A DNA stretch of 32,000 bases from Sinorhizobium meliloti. GTDB lineage: Bacteria; Pseudomonadota; Alphaproteobacteria; Rhizobiales; Rhizobiaceae. How positions within the stretch are numbered: position 1 is the first letter of the stretch; every line of letters starts with the position of its first letter. A program made the position numbers and the translations under genes. Shown piece by piece: positions 14,502-21,911 of the stretch. The stretch lies in assembly GCF_017876815.1 (NCBI RefSeq), contig NZ_JAGIOS010000002.1, positions 870,001 through 902,000 of the forward strand, written 5' to 3'. The notes under the pieces were generated by a model. It did no database searches. It was not told where the DNA came from and saw nothing but the letters and a program-made list of their open reading frames with translations.

Positions 14502-15107
14502 ATGAGAACCGTGGCAGGGCTGTTTGACGATTACGGCGAAGCCCGAGGCGCCGTAAGCGATCTCGAAGCGGCAGGCTTTCCTTCCGAAAATATAAGCATC
14601 GTCGCCAACAATGCGGGCGGCCGCTATTCGGGCGACGGCTCCGCTGCAGCAAGCGGTGCCGGAGCAGGTGCCGGTCTGGGCGCCGTGGGCGGCGGCACGC
14701 TGGGGCTTTTGACCGGCCTGGGCCTAATGGCCATACCTGGGGTCGGACCCGTGGTCGCGGCTGGGTGGCTGGCGTCGACCGCCGCAGGCGCGGCGGCCGG
14801 CGCTCTCGCCGGAGGTGCGGCCGCCGGCATCATCGGATCACTCACCGATTCCGGGATCGAGGAGGAGGATGCGCATCTTTACGCCGAGGGCGTGCGCCGA
14901 GGCGGCACGCTGGTGGTGGTCAGGACCGAGGAGCACCTGGTCGCACAGGCGGACGGGATTTTGAGAAATCGCGACGCCGTCGACATATCGGTCCGGCGCC
15001 GCGCCTATACGGAGGATGGCTGGACCCGGTTCGACACCGCCTCCAGTCCCTATAGCCTCGACGAGATCGAACGCGAACGCGAACGCCTCAGCCGCCCGGC
15101 GCTGTAG
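14502..15107 (+). CDS. General stress protein, YflT/GSP17M-like N-terminal domain plus a Gly/Ala-rich (glycine-zipper) membrane segment
   Basis: MRTVAGLFDDYGEARGAVSDLEAAGFPSENISIVANN is typical of the YflT/GSP17M domain. The central AGAGAGLGAVGGGTLGLLTGLGLMAIPGVGPVVAAGWLAS segment is hydrophobic. AAGGAAG RBS. Confidence 0.75.
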   Translation: MRTVAGLFDDYGEARGAVSDLEAAGFPSENISIVANNAGGRYSGDGSAAASGAGAGAGLGAVGGGTLGLLTGLGLMAIPGVGPVVAAGWLASTAAGAAAGALAGGAAAGIIGSLTDSGIEEEDAHLYAEGVRRGGTLVVVRTEEHLVAQADGILRNRDAVDISVRRRAYTEDGWTRFDTASSPYSLDEIERERERLSRPAL

Positions 15108-15261
15108 CGCAGGTGCCGCTGCCGCGGCACGGCTGAACACTGCCGTTCGGGTCCGCAAAAGCAACCCGGCCGCCGAAGGAGCCAGATCACTGCGCCCCTT
15201 GGCGAGACAATGAAACGATCTGGCGCGGCGGTTGCGACGAGACGCAAGGAAGGCTTCCGCC

Positions 15262-17238
15262 ATGATTGATTTTTCCCGTGCCCGCGAACGGATGATCACG
15301 TCGCATCTCTCGCGACGGGGGATAAGGGACAGACATGTCGTGGAGGCGATGGGGGTCGTCCCGCGGGAGGCATTCGTCGATCCCGGCTTCGAGGAATTCG
15401 CCTATGAAGATTCGGCCCTTTCGATCAGCCATGGCCAGACCATCTCGCAGCCCTATATTGTGGCGCTGATGATCGAACGCGCCGAAGTCCAGCCGGGCGA
15501 TACGGTGCTCGAGATCGGGACCGGATCCGGTTACGCGGCGGCGGTGCTCAGCCGGATCGCGGCATATGTCTATACGATCGAGCGCCATGCCGGCCTCGCC
15601 GAGGTTGCCGAGAGACGATTTGCCGAGCTCCGTTACGGGAATATCGATGTGCGTGTCGGCGACGGCACGGCCGGCTGGCCCGAGGCAGGACCCTTCGACG
15701 CCATACTGGTCGCCGCCGGAGGTCCCGAGATACCGCATGCGCTGAAGGAGCAGCTCGACCTCGGCGGCCATCTCGTCATACCCGTCGGCCCCCCTGAGGA
15801 GCAGCGCCTGATGAAGGTCACGCGGGTCAACGCCACGACATTCGAGGAGCAGGACCTCGGCGGGGTCAGGTTCGTGCCGCTCGTCGGCGAATACGGCTGG
15901 CATGAGGAGCGGGCTCAGTCCCGGGCAAGGCTCAGACCTGCGCCCACGCTGCCCGAGTTGGTTGCAGAGGCGGCCGAGCCGCTGCCCGATCTCGGCGATC
16001 CTGCATTCGGGCTGCTTTTCGATCGCTTTGCCGGGCGGCGGATCGTGCTGCTCGGAGAGGCGAGCCACGGCACGTCGGAATTCTACCGCGCCCGCGCAGC
16101 CATCACGCGCCGCCTGATCGAGGAACACGGGTTCACGATCGTGGCGGTCGAGGCGGATTGGCCGGATGCGGCGGCAGTTGACCGCTATGTCCGACATCGA
16201 AGGCAAGGCATTCGCCTCGACGCGCCGTTCCAGCGGTTCCCGACCTGGATGTGGCGCAACCGCGAAGTGATGGATTTCGTCGAGTGGATGCGCGAACATA
16301 ACGGCCGCAGGAGCTTGCCTGACCGGGCCGGCTTCTACGGTCTCGACATCTATAATATGCGCGGCTCCATTTCCTCGGTTCTCCGGTATCTCGATGAGAC
16401 CGACCCCGAGGCCGCCGCGGTCGCCCGCGAGCGCTACGGTTGCCTGACCCCCTGGCAGAACGAGCCGTCGACCTATGGCCGTGCGGCCATGACCGCGGGC
16501 TTCCGCAAATGCGAAGAGGCCGTCGTCAGGCAATGCCGCGAACTCCTGGAGAAGCAGCTCGAAGCCGGGCGCGACAGCGGCGACGAGCTTCTCGACGCGG
16601 TGCAGAACGCGCGCCTCGTCGCCTCGGCCGAGCGGTACTACCGCATCATGTATTATGCCGGGGCCGACTCCTGGAACATGCGCGACACCCATATGTTCGA
16701 AACGCTCGAGCATCTGTTGAATGCACGCGGCGCTCGCTCGAAGGCGGTCGTGTGGGCGCACAATTCCCATATCGGCGATGCCCGCCATACCGATATGGGC
16801 ACGGCCCGCGAGGAGTTGAACATCGGTCAGCTCTGCCGCGAGCGGTTTGGCGATCAGGCAGCGCTGATCGGCTTCGGCACGCATGGCGGCCATGTGGCTG
16901 CCGCAAGCGATTGGGACGGCGATATGGAGGTGAAGCCGATCCGGCCGTCGCTCGAAGGAAGCTACGAGCGCGTGATGCACGACTCAGGGGTAGGGTGCTT
17001 CCTCATCGACTTCGCGCGCCACGCGCGTCTGCGCGACGGTCTCCTCAAGCCGTTGCTCGAGCGCTTCATCGGGGTGATCTACCGGCCGGACACGGAACGC
17101 TTCAGCCATTATGCCCACGCTTCGCTGCCCCGGCAGTTCGACGCCTTCGTCTGGTTCGATCAGACGACGCCGGTCGAACCGCTCGGCGCGCAACACATAA
17201 AGGCGGGCGTGCCGGACACGTTCCCGTTCGGCCTCTGA
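15262..17238 (+). CDS. pcm: Fusion protein: protein-L-isoaspartate O-methyltransferase (Pcm) domain plus an erythromycin-esterase-family (EreA/ChaN-like) domain
   Basis: The N-terminal ~210 aa carry GQTISQPYIVALMIE, VLEIGTGSGYAAAVL and GDGTAGWPEAGPFDAILVAAG (Pcm SAM-MTase motifs). The C-terminal ~430 aa carry LLGEASHGTSEFY and FTIVAVEADWPDA, which are erythromycin-esterase family signatures. AAGGAAGG RBS lies before the ATG at 15262. Confidence 0.85.
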   Translation: MIDFSRARERMITSHLSRRGIRDRHVVEAMGVVPREAFVDPGFEEFAYEDSALSISHGQTISQPYIVALMIERAEVQPGDTVLEIGTGSGYAAAVLSRIAAYVYTIERHAGLAEVAERRFAELRYGNIDVRVGDGTAGWPEAGPFDAILVAAGGPEIPHALKEQLDLGGHLVIPVGPPEEQRLMKVTRVNATTFEEQDLGGVRFVPLVGEYGWHEERAQSRARLRPAPTLPELVAEAAEPLPDLGDPAFGLLFDRFAGRRIVLLGEASHGTSEFYRARAAITRRLIEEHGFTIVAVEADWPDAAAVDRYVRHRRQGIRLDAPFQRFPTWMWRNREVMDFVEWMREHNGRRSLPDRAGFYGLDIYNMRGSISSVLRYLDETDPEAAAVARERYGCLTPWQNEPSTYGRAAMTAGFRKCEEAVVRQCRELLEKQLEAGRDSGDELLDAVQNARLVASAERYYRIMYYAGADSWNMRDTHMFETLEHLLNARGARSKAVVWAHNSHIGDARHTDMGTAREELNIGQLCRERFGDQAALIGFGTHGGHVAAASDWDGDMEVKPIRPSLEGSYERVMHDSGVGCFLIDFARHARLRDGLLKPLLERFIGVIYRPDTERFSHYAHASLPRQFDAFVWFDQTTPVEPLGAQHIKAGVPDTFPFGL

Positions 17239-17256
17239 GGCTCGTGAATCCTTGAG

Positions 17257-17580
17257 TTAAAGCTGCGTCGAGATGATGTTGTCGACGCTCACCTCGCCGC
17301 GGAGCACGCCGCGTTCCGTGCCGTCCGGGGCCGGCCCCTCCTCGACCACGGTGTAGAGCTTCTCGCTGCGAAATGCACTGGCCATGTCGGTCGTCACCCC
17401 TTCCGCCGGCTTGGCGTCGATCTCGAGGAAATCGAGTTCCGCCTCGCTCGCGACGATGCGGGCATCGCCGCTCGATCTTGCCGCCACCACGACCTCGCCC
17501 TGGTAGCTGGCATTCTGCCAGTTCGGATCGTCAGGCTCGGCGAGCGGCGACAGACGGTATATCTTGAGCTCTTCCTGCAT
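17257..17580 (-). CDS. Hypothetical 107-aa acidic protein
   Basis: GC3 is high throughout. The start lies 3 nt after the stop of the upstream 43-aa gene. I recognise no family. Confidence 0.6.
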   Translation of the reverse strand: MQEELKIYRLSPLAEPDDPNWQNASYQGEVVVAARSSGDARIVASEAELDFLEIDAKPAEGVTTDMASAFRSEKLYTVVEEGPAPDGTERGVLRGEVSVDNIISTQL

Positions 17581-17583
17581 GTG

Positions 17584-17715
17584 CTACTCCGACTGGTCGA
17601 TCGCATGCGGCGGCGGTTGCCCCGATTCGGCCGACTGGTCGAGAGGAAACATCATCCAGAGCGCCGCAATCACCACCAGGACGACGATCACTGCTGCAGC
17701 CAGGACCTTGGACAT
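17584..17715 (-). CDS. 43-aa single-pass membrane micro-protein
   Basis: Internal start of track ORF 17584..17775: MSKVLAAAVIVVLVVIAALWMMFPLDQSAESGQPPPHAIDQSE. GGAAGG RBS lies 6 nt upstream. Tightly coupled to 17257..17580. Confidence 0.5.
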   Translation of the reverse strand: MSKVLAAAVIVVLVVIAALWMMFPLDQSAESGQPPPHAIDQSE

Positions 17716-17835
17716 GTGAACCTTCCGACGATTGTCGAGACCGAACCGCGAAACCTGCGGTTTTCCGGTCTCCAATCACCCAGGCGTCGAATTGTTCCGA
17801 AGCACGCAGGTGACGCGACCACGCGCCGTTCTGCA

Positions 17836-17860
17836 GGAACATTTCGGGAAGCCGCCGGTT
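17836..17860 (+). promoter_or_regulatory. EcfG/RpoE2-type promoter motif (GGAAC-N16-gGTT) for the DUF892 gene
   Basis: GGAAC at 17836-17840 and GGTT at 17857-17860. It lies 31 nt upstream of the ATG at 17891. Confidence 0.65.
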
Positions 17861-17890
17861 GGAGGACGCGCGAAAAGAAAGGAATATCCG

Positions 17891-18397
17891 ATGGCTACTG
17901 CGAACGAACACCTTGTGGCTTGGCTCAGGGATGCACATGCGATGGAAGAGCAGGCGATCACGATGCTCACCAGCCAGTCGAGCCGGCTGGAAAACTATCC
18001 CGAACTCAAGACCAGGATCGACCGCCACCTGCAGGAGACGAAGGACCAGGCGGCCATGCTTGAGCGCTGCCTCGAACGGCTCGACGGCGGAACCTCGAGC
18101 ATCAAGGATATCAGCGGCAAGATCGTTGCCTTCGGGCAAGGCCTGAGCGGCCTCTTCGTCAGTGACGAAGTCGTCAAGGGCACGCTGGCCAGCTATACAT
18201 TCGAGCATATGGAAATCGCCAGCTACAGGATTCTCATCGCCGCAGCCGAACAGGCGGGCGATCAGGAGACAAAGCGGGTCTGCGAGAGCATCCTGCAGCA
18301 GGAAATCGCGATGGCGGAGTGGCTGGCTCAGAACGCCGGTGAGATCACGCGAAAATTCCTGGAGCGAGACCAGCGGGACGTGACGGCCAAGCACTGA
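17891..18397 (+). CDS. Ferritin-like DUF892 (YciE/YciF family) stress protein
   Basis: MATANEHLVAWLRDAHAMEEQAITMLTSQSSRLENYPELKTRIDRHLQETKDQAAMLERCLERL matches the YciE/YciF pattern (L..DA.A.E.QA...L, H..ET..Q...LE). AAGGAA RBS. The track start at 17732 is an extension. Confidence 0.85.
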   Translation: MATANEHLVAWLRDAHAMEEQAITMLTSQSSRLENYPELKTRIDRHLQETKDQAAMLERCLERLDGGTSSIKDISGKIVAFGQGLSGLFVSDEVVKGTLASYTFEHMEIASYRILIAAAEQAGDQETKRVCESILQQEIAMAEWLAQNAGEITRKFLERDQRDVTAKH

Positions 18398-18432
18398 AGC
18401 GGCTTCAGCCGGACCTGCGGGACCTGCCGAAA

Positions 18433-18462
18433 GCGCCGCGCCTCCGACAAGATGCGCGGCGC
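18433..18462. terminator. 9-bp GC hairpin between convergent genes (weak or bidirectional terminator candidate)
   Basis: GCGCCGCGC (18433-18441) and GCGCGGCGC (18454-18462) are exact reverse complements around a 12-nt loop. The flanking T/A tracts are poor. Confidence 0.35.
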
Positions 18463-18470
18463 TGTGGTTC

Positions 18471-19220
18471 TCAGGACGGTTCCTGCTTGTCCCGCATCAC
18501 GACGTCCAGTTCGGCAAGCAGCGGAAGATGATCCGAAGCGCTTCGCGCCAGGGTGCTGCCGTGCACCCTGCAGGAAGCCACTTCTATGCCTTTGCCGATC
18601 AGCACGTGATCGATGCGCAGCAGCGGCAATCGCGATGGAAAGGTCGGCCGAGGCTTGGCGCCGGTCAGCAGTTGCGCGTCGCTGAGCTGTCGGGCCAGGA
18701 GCCTGTAGGCGGTCGAACGCCCCGTGGCGTTGAGATCGCCTGCCAGGACCACGTGAGCGTCTCCCTGGGCCATTCCTCCGAGCCAGCCGGGGCCTAGAAG
18801 GGCGGTCGCCTGGCGCAGGCGCTCGGCGCCGCGCAATCCGAGATGCGTCACGATCACCTGAAGCTTGACTCCGGCGACGTCGATCTCCACCCAGAGCGCG
18901 CCCCGCGGCTCGCCGGACGAGGGGAGGGGTGCTGCCTTGATCAGCCGCATAGGCAAGGCCGTCAGAACGGCGTCTCCGTATTTCTCGTCCTCCAGGTGGA
19001 GAGCCGGATGGAACTCGGCTTCCATGTTGAGATGCGTGGCGATCATATGGGCCTGGTCTATTCCGCCGGTGCGGGCGCGGCCAACGTCGACTTCCTGCAA
19101 TGCGATGACGTCGGGCTGGCATTCGGCGATGACCGCGGCGATACGCGCGGGATCGAGCCTGCGGTCGGTGCCGAAGCAGCTGTGAACGTTGTAGGTGAGG
19201 AACCGTATCCGCTGTCGCAT
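18471..19220 (-). CDS. Endonuclease/exonuclease/phosphatase (EEP) family protein, YbhP-like
   Basis: Motifs FLTYNVH, DVIALQEVD, VVLAGDLN and SDHLPLLAEL (EEP catalytic motifs). Start at 19220 (MRQRIRF) has a GAAGG RBS. The track start at 19310 would overlap the divergent gene. Confidence 0.85.
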   Translation of the reverse strand: MRQRIRFLTYNVHSCFGTDRRLDPARIAAVIAECQPDVIALQEVDVGRARTGGIDQAHMIATHLNMEAEFHPALHLEDEKYGDAVLTALPMRLIKAAPLPSSGEPRGALWVEIDVAGVKLQVIVTHLGLRGAERLRQATALLGPGWLGGMAQGDAHVVLAGDLNATGRSTAYRLLARQLSDAQLLTGAKPRPTFPSRLPLLRIDHVLIGKGIEVASCRVHGSTLARSASDHLPLLAELDVVMRDKQEPS

Positions 19221-19227
19221 CGCCTTC

Positions 19228-19253
19228 GGAACACGCAGCACCTGCTTTTCGTT
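19228..19253 (+). promoter_or_regulatory. EcfG/RpoE2-type promoter motif (GGAAC-N17-CGTT) for the YbhN-like gene
   Basis: GGAAC at 19228-19232 and CGTT at 19250-19253. It lies 26 nt upstream of the ATG at 19279 in the 58-bp divergent intergenic region. Confidence 0.6.
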
Positions 19254-19278
19254 CCGGTGGGTGCGCAAGGGAGGGCCG

Positions 19279-20220
19279 ATGTCCAGAAAAATTCTAGCGA
19301 GACTGTTCATCGCTGCCGGTATCTGCGTGGCGGGCTGGTTGATCTATCGCACCCTCAGCCAACATAGCTTTCATGAAATCGCTGGTTCGATCATGCGGAT
19401 TCCGGCCCGGAATCTCTTTGTGGGCATCGGTTTCGTCTTTCTTTCCTATTTCTGCCTGACCCTCTTCGACACCCTCGCTATCCGCTATGTCGGGCGGAAG
19501 CTCGCCTATCCGCAAATCGCCATCGCCTCCTTCACCAGCCTTTCGATCGGCCACAATGTCGGCGGCGCGGCCTTGAGCAGCGGTGCCGTCCGCTACCGGT
19601 TCTACTCGCGCTGGGGGTTGAGCGCCGAAGAGGTGGCGAAGGTCATTCTGTTCTGCGGCGTCACCGTCGGCCTCGGCCTTGTCGCATTGGCCGGGCTTTG
19701 TTTTCTGATCGTGCCTTCGGGCGCCGCGCGGCTTACCGGATTTTCCACGACCGGCGCTTTCCTGCTCGGCACTGCCTGCATAGCGGCCGCGGCCGGTTAC
19801 GTCCTGCTCGCTTATTTTCTGCGGGGCTCGGTTCGCATCTTTCGCTGGACTTTCGAAATGCCCTCGGTGGGGATTGCCGCCTTGCAGGTCGTCGTCGGAG
19901 TCGCCAACTTCCTCTGCGTCAGCGCAGCGTTGCATCAGCTGCTCAGCGCCTTCGAGGAGGTGAGTTTCATCGACACGGCCATGGCCTATGTCGGGGCCGG
20001 CGTGACCGCGATCGTCAGCCATGTCCCCGGCGGAATCGGCGTACTCGAGGCGACAATCGCATTTCTGCTTGGCAGTTCGGCGAGCCTGGGCGCTCTGATC
20101 GCCTTTCGGGCGATCTATTTCTTCCTGCCGCTGCCGCTCGGCTTGATCTCGCTTTCGGTCGCTGAGTTCGTCGCCCGTCGGGATGAGGAAAAAAACCTGG
20201 TGAGCAAGGCGAAGAGCTGA
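19279..20220 (+). CDS. Lysylphosphatidylglycerol-synthase-TM-region family (UPF0104, YbhN-like) integral membrane protein
   Basis: There are about 8 hydrophobic helices. IGFVFLSYFCLTLFDTLAIRYVGRKL...GGAALSSGAVRYRFYSRWG is typical of the family. AAGGGAGGG RBS lies before the ATG at 19279. Confidence 0.8.
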   Translation: MSRKILARLFIAAGICVAGWLIYRTLSQHSFHEIAGSIMRIPARNLFVGIGFVFLSYFCLTLFDTLAIRYVGRKLAYPQIAIASFTSLSIGHNVGGAALSSGAVRYRFYSRWGLSAEEVAKVILFCGVTVGLGLVALAGLCFLIVPSGAARLTGFSTTGAFLLGTACIAAAAGYVLLAYFLRGSVRIFRWTFEMPSVGIAALQVVVGVANFLCVSAALHQLLSAFEEVSFIDTAMAYVGAGVTAIVSHVPGGIGVLEATIAFLLGSSASLGALIAFRAIYFFLPLPLGLISLSVAEFVARRDEEKNLVSKAKS

Positions 20221-21767
20221 CCGATCCAGCGCCTCACGAGCTTGTGCGTGCGATAAAAGGGTCGGATCGGCCTTTGCGGATCGACGATCTCCGTGCCCCA
20301 GACGAGACTGGTCGCGCCGTCGTCATCGATTCCGTCGAAGGCGCGTATGCCGCGCCGGCGCGTGTTCAACCTGTCCAAGGCGGCGACGAGCGAGTTCGTT
20401 TCCCTCAGTGCCTTTTCAACGGCGTCCGCTTCGATGTCGAGATGTTCTGCGATCAGGCCGTTGCGGACTCTGGCAATGGCGGCGCGCTGTCCTTCGTTGG
20501 CGGCTTCTACGGCGACGTCGCATTCGGTGTCGAGGCTTGCCGAGCGGTGGTTGAAGTTCGACGAGCCGACGCGGAAAAAACGATCGTCGATCGCGACCAC
20601 CTTGGAATGGATAATCACCTCCTGCTCGGATCCGTCGGCGGCGGGAACGACCGGGTAGGCGACCCTGAGCCTGCCGTATCGGTCGGCCCGCTTGAGCCGC
20701 CGAACGAGACGGTCGCGGTTTCCTCCCATGACGATGCGTTCCAACAGCCCATGCGAGCTGCGGGTAGTGATGACCACCACTTCCGGGCCGTCCGGCTCCT
20801 GCAGCCGGTCGCAGAGCAACTGCCCAATTCTTCCCGATGCGAAATACTGGTTTTCGATGTAGATGTGACTTTGCGCACTGCGCAAGGCATCGAGAGTCAG
20901 CCGCAGTGCCTCCTGCCGGCCGCGCCTTTTGCCGGAGCCCGGCTCCGTGCGGGCGATTGCGACCGGGCAATCCTCGAGCACCGGCACCGTGCCGTTCGGC
21001 CATGCAAGCGCCCTCGCGGGCGGCGCCTCGATTTCCTCGCCCGTAGAGGCTTTCCAGCGGGATCTGCAGAGATCGCCGATGGCGCGGCTCGCCTCGCCTT
21101 CGAGCGCCACCTGGATGTCATGCACCGGATCATAGGGTTTTCCGTCCGGATCGCGCCGCAACTCGTTCTCGGCCGCGTGCTCCGGCGTGTCCCAGCGGCG
21201 CGCCGTCAGATCGATGCCCCCGGCAAAGGCGATGCTGTCGTCGATGCAGACGAGCTTCTGGTGATGCGATCCGCGCAGCGCCCGGTGGCTCGCGAAGCGA
21301 AGTTCGATCTGCGGATGGGCCGCCCATTGCTGCCTGCGAAAGAGCCTGAGCGACTTTCCCGAGTAGATCGGTCCCATCGCCCAGACGAGAATGCGGATCT
21401 TCAGTTTCGGCTTTTGCGCAGCGAGGCGCTCGAGCCTGCTGCCGAGCGATTCCGCCTGGGGGCAGTCCGGTCTGAGCTTGATGCGCGGATCGAAGTCCCA
21501 TCCGGTGATCCAGATCTGCTCTTCCGCCTGATCGAACGTACTATCGAGACAAGCATAATAGGCGGCTGCGTCCACCAGGAAGGACAGATGCCGTGCGGGC
21601 GCGCTGCGCCAGACATTCTCCGCCTCCTTGATTATCGGCCGGCTTGTCCGACGCCATCGGCCGGCCGGATTTCCGGTGAACGCGCTTTTCCAGTCCAAGC
21701 TTCCTATCCCGTACGTGGCGACTGGAAATGAATCCCTTTCAACCGTGATTTGTTCCAGGAGCAGCAT
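20115..21767 (-). CDS. Phospholipase D / cardiolipin-synthase-like (two HKD motifs) protein
   Basis: HKD motif 1 is SHHQKLVCIDDSIAFAGGIDL. HKD motif 2 is IHSKVVAIDDRFFRVGSSNFNHRS. The stop is firm. The start is uncertain: 21767 (MLLLEQ) is chosen as the first ATG before the conserved core, with 21827 as the alternative. The 702-aa track ORF would run into the divergent TPP-enzyme gene. Confidence 0.8.
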   Translation of the reverse strand: MLLLEQITVERDSFPVATYGIGSLDWKSAFTGNPAGRWRRTSRPIIKEAENVWRSAPARHLSFLVDAAAYYACLDSTFDQAEEQIWITGWDFDPRIKLRPDCPQAESLGSRLERLAAQKPKLKIRILVWAMGPIYSGKSLRLFRRQQWAAHPQIELRFASHRALRGSHHQKLVCIDDSIAFAGGIDLTARRWDTPEHAAENELRRDPDGKPYDPVHDIQVALEGEASRAIGDLCRSRWKASTGEEIEAPPARALAWPNGTVPVLEDCPVAIARTEPGSGKRRGRQEALRLTLDALRSAQSHIYIENQYFASGRIGQLLCDRLQEPDGPEVVVITTRSSHGLLERIVMGGNRDRLVRRLKRADRYGRLRVAYPVVPAADGSEQEVIIHSKVVAIDDRFFRVGSSNFNHRSASLDTECDVAVEAANEGQRAAIARVRNGLIAEHLDIEADAVEKALRETNSLVAALDRLNTRRRGIRAFDGIDDDGATSLVWGTEIVDPQRPIRPFYRTHKLVRRWIGQLFALLTRFFSSSRRATNSATESEIKPSGSGRKK

Positions 21768-21911
21768 TGTTGCCGAACAAAGCCTTCGCGGCGACCAGGT
21801 CGGCGGAGCTTTGCCATGGCGGAACATTTCCCGGCAGGACGAGATTAGAAGGTTCCGAGCCTTCAATCGAACCCGCCAATCACCCATACGCTGACCGGAG
21901 GAGGGGCAAAT

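Noticed and set aside
15212-15233. GAAAC-N14-GTT upstream of the pcm fusion gene as a possible EcfG site.
   Set aside because: It has one mismatch in the -35 element and the spacer is 2-3 nt too short. Read-through from the upstream operon is the simpler explanation.
17774-17798. Minus-strand GGAAC-N16-GATT upstream of the 43-aa/107-aa pair.
   Set aside because: The -10 element lacks the conserved GTT at any allowed spacing.
19231-19255. A second, minus-strand GGAAC (plus 19255-19251) facing the plus-strand EcfG motif. This could suggest a bidirectional stress promoter also serving the EEP gene.
   Set aside because: On the minus strand the GTT lies after an 18-nt spacer with no preceding C. 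It would sit only ~10 nt from the EEP start codon at 19220. The GGAAC is simply the complement of the plus-strand CGTTCC.
21821-21856. GGAAC on both strands in the PLD / PoxB-like divergent intergenic region.
   Set aside because: Neither is followed by GTT at 16-18 nt (AGAT/GATT on plus, GCCG on minus). I made no promoter call.
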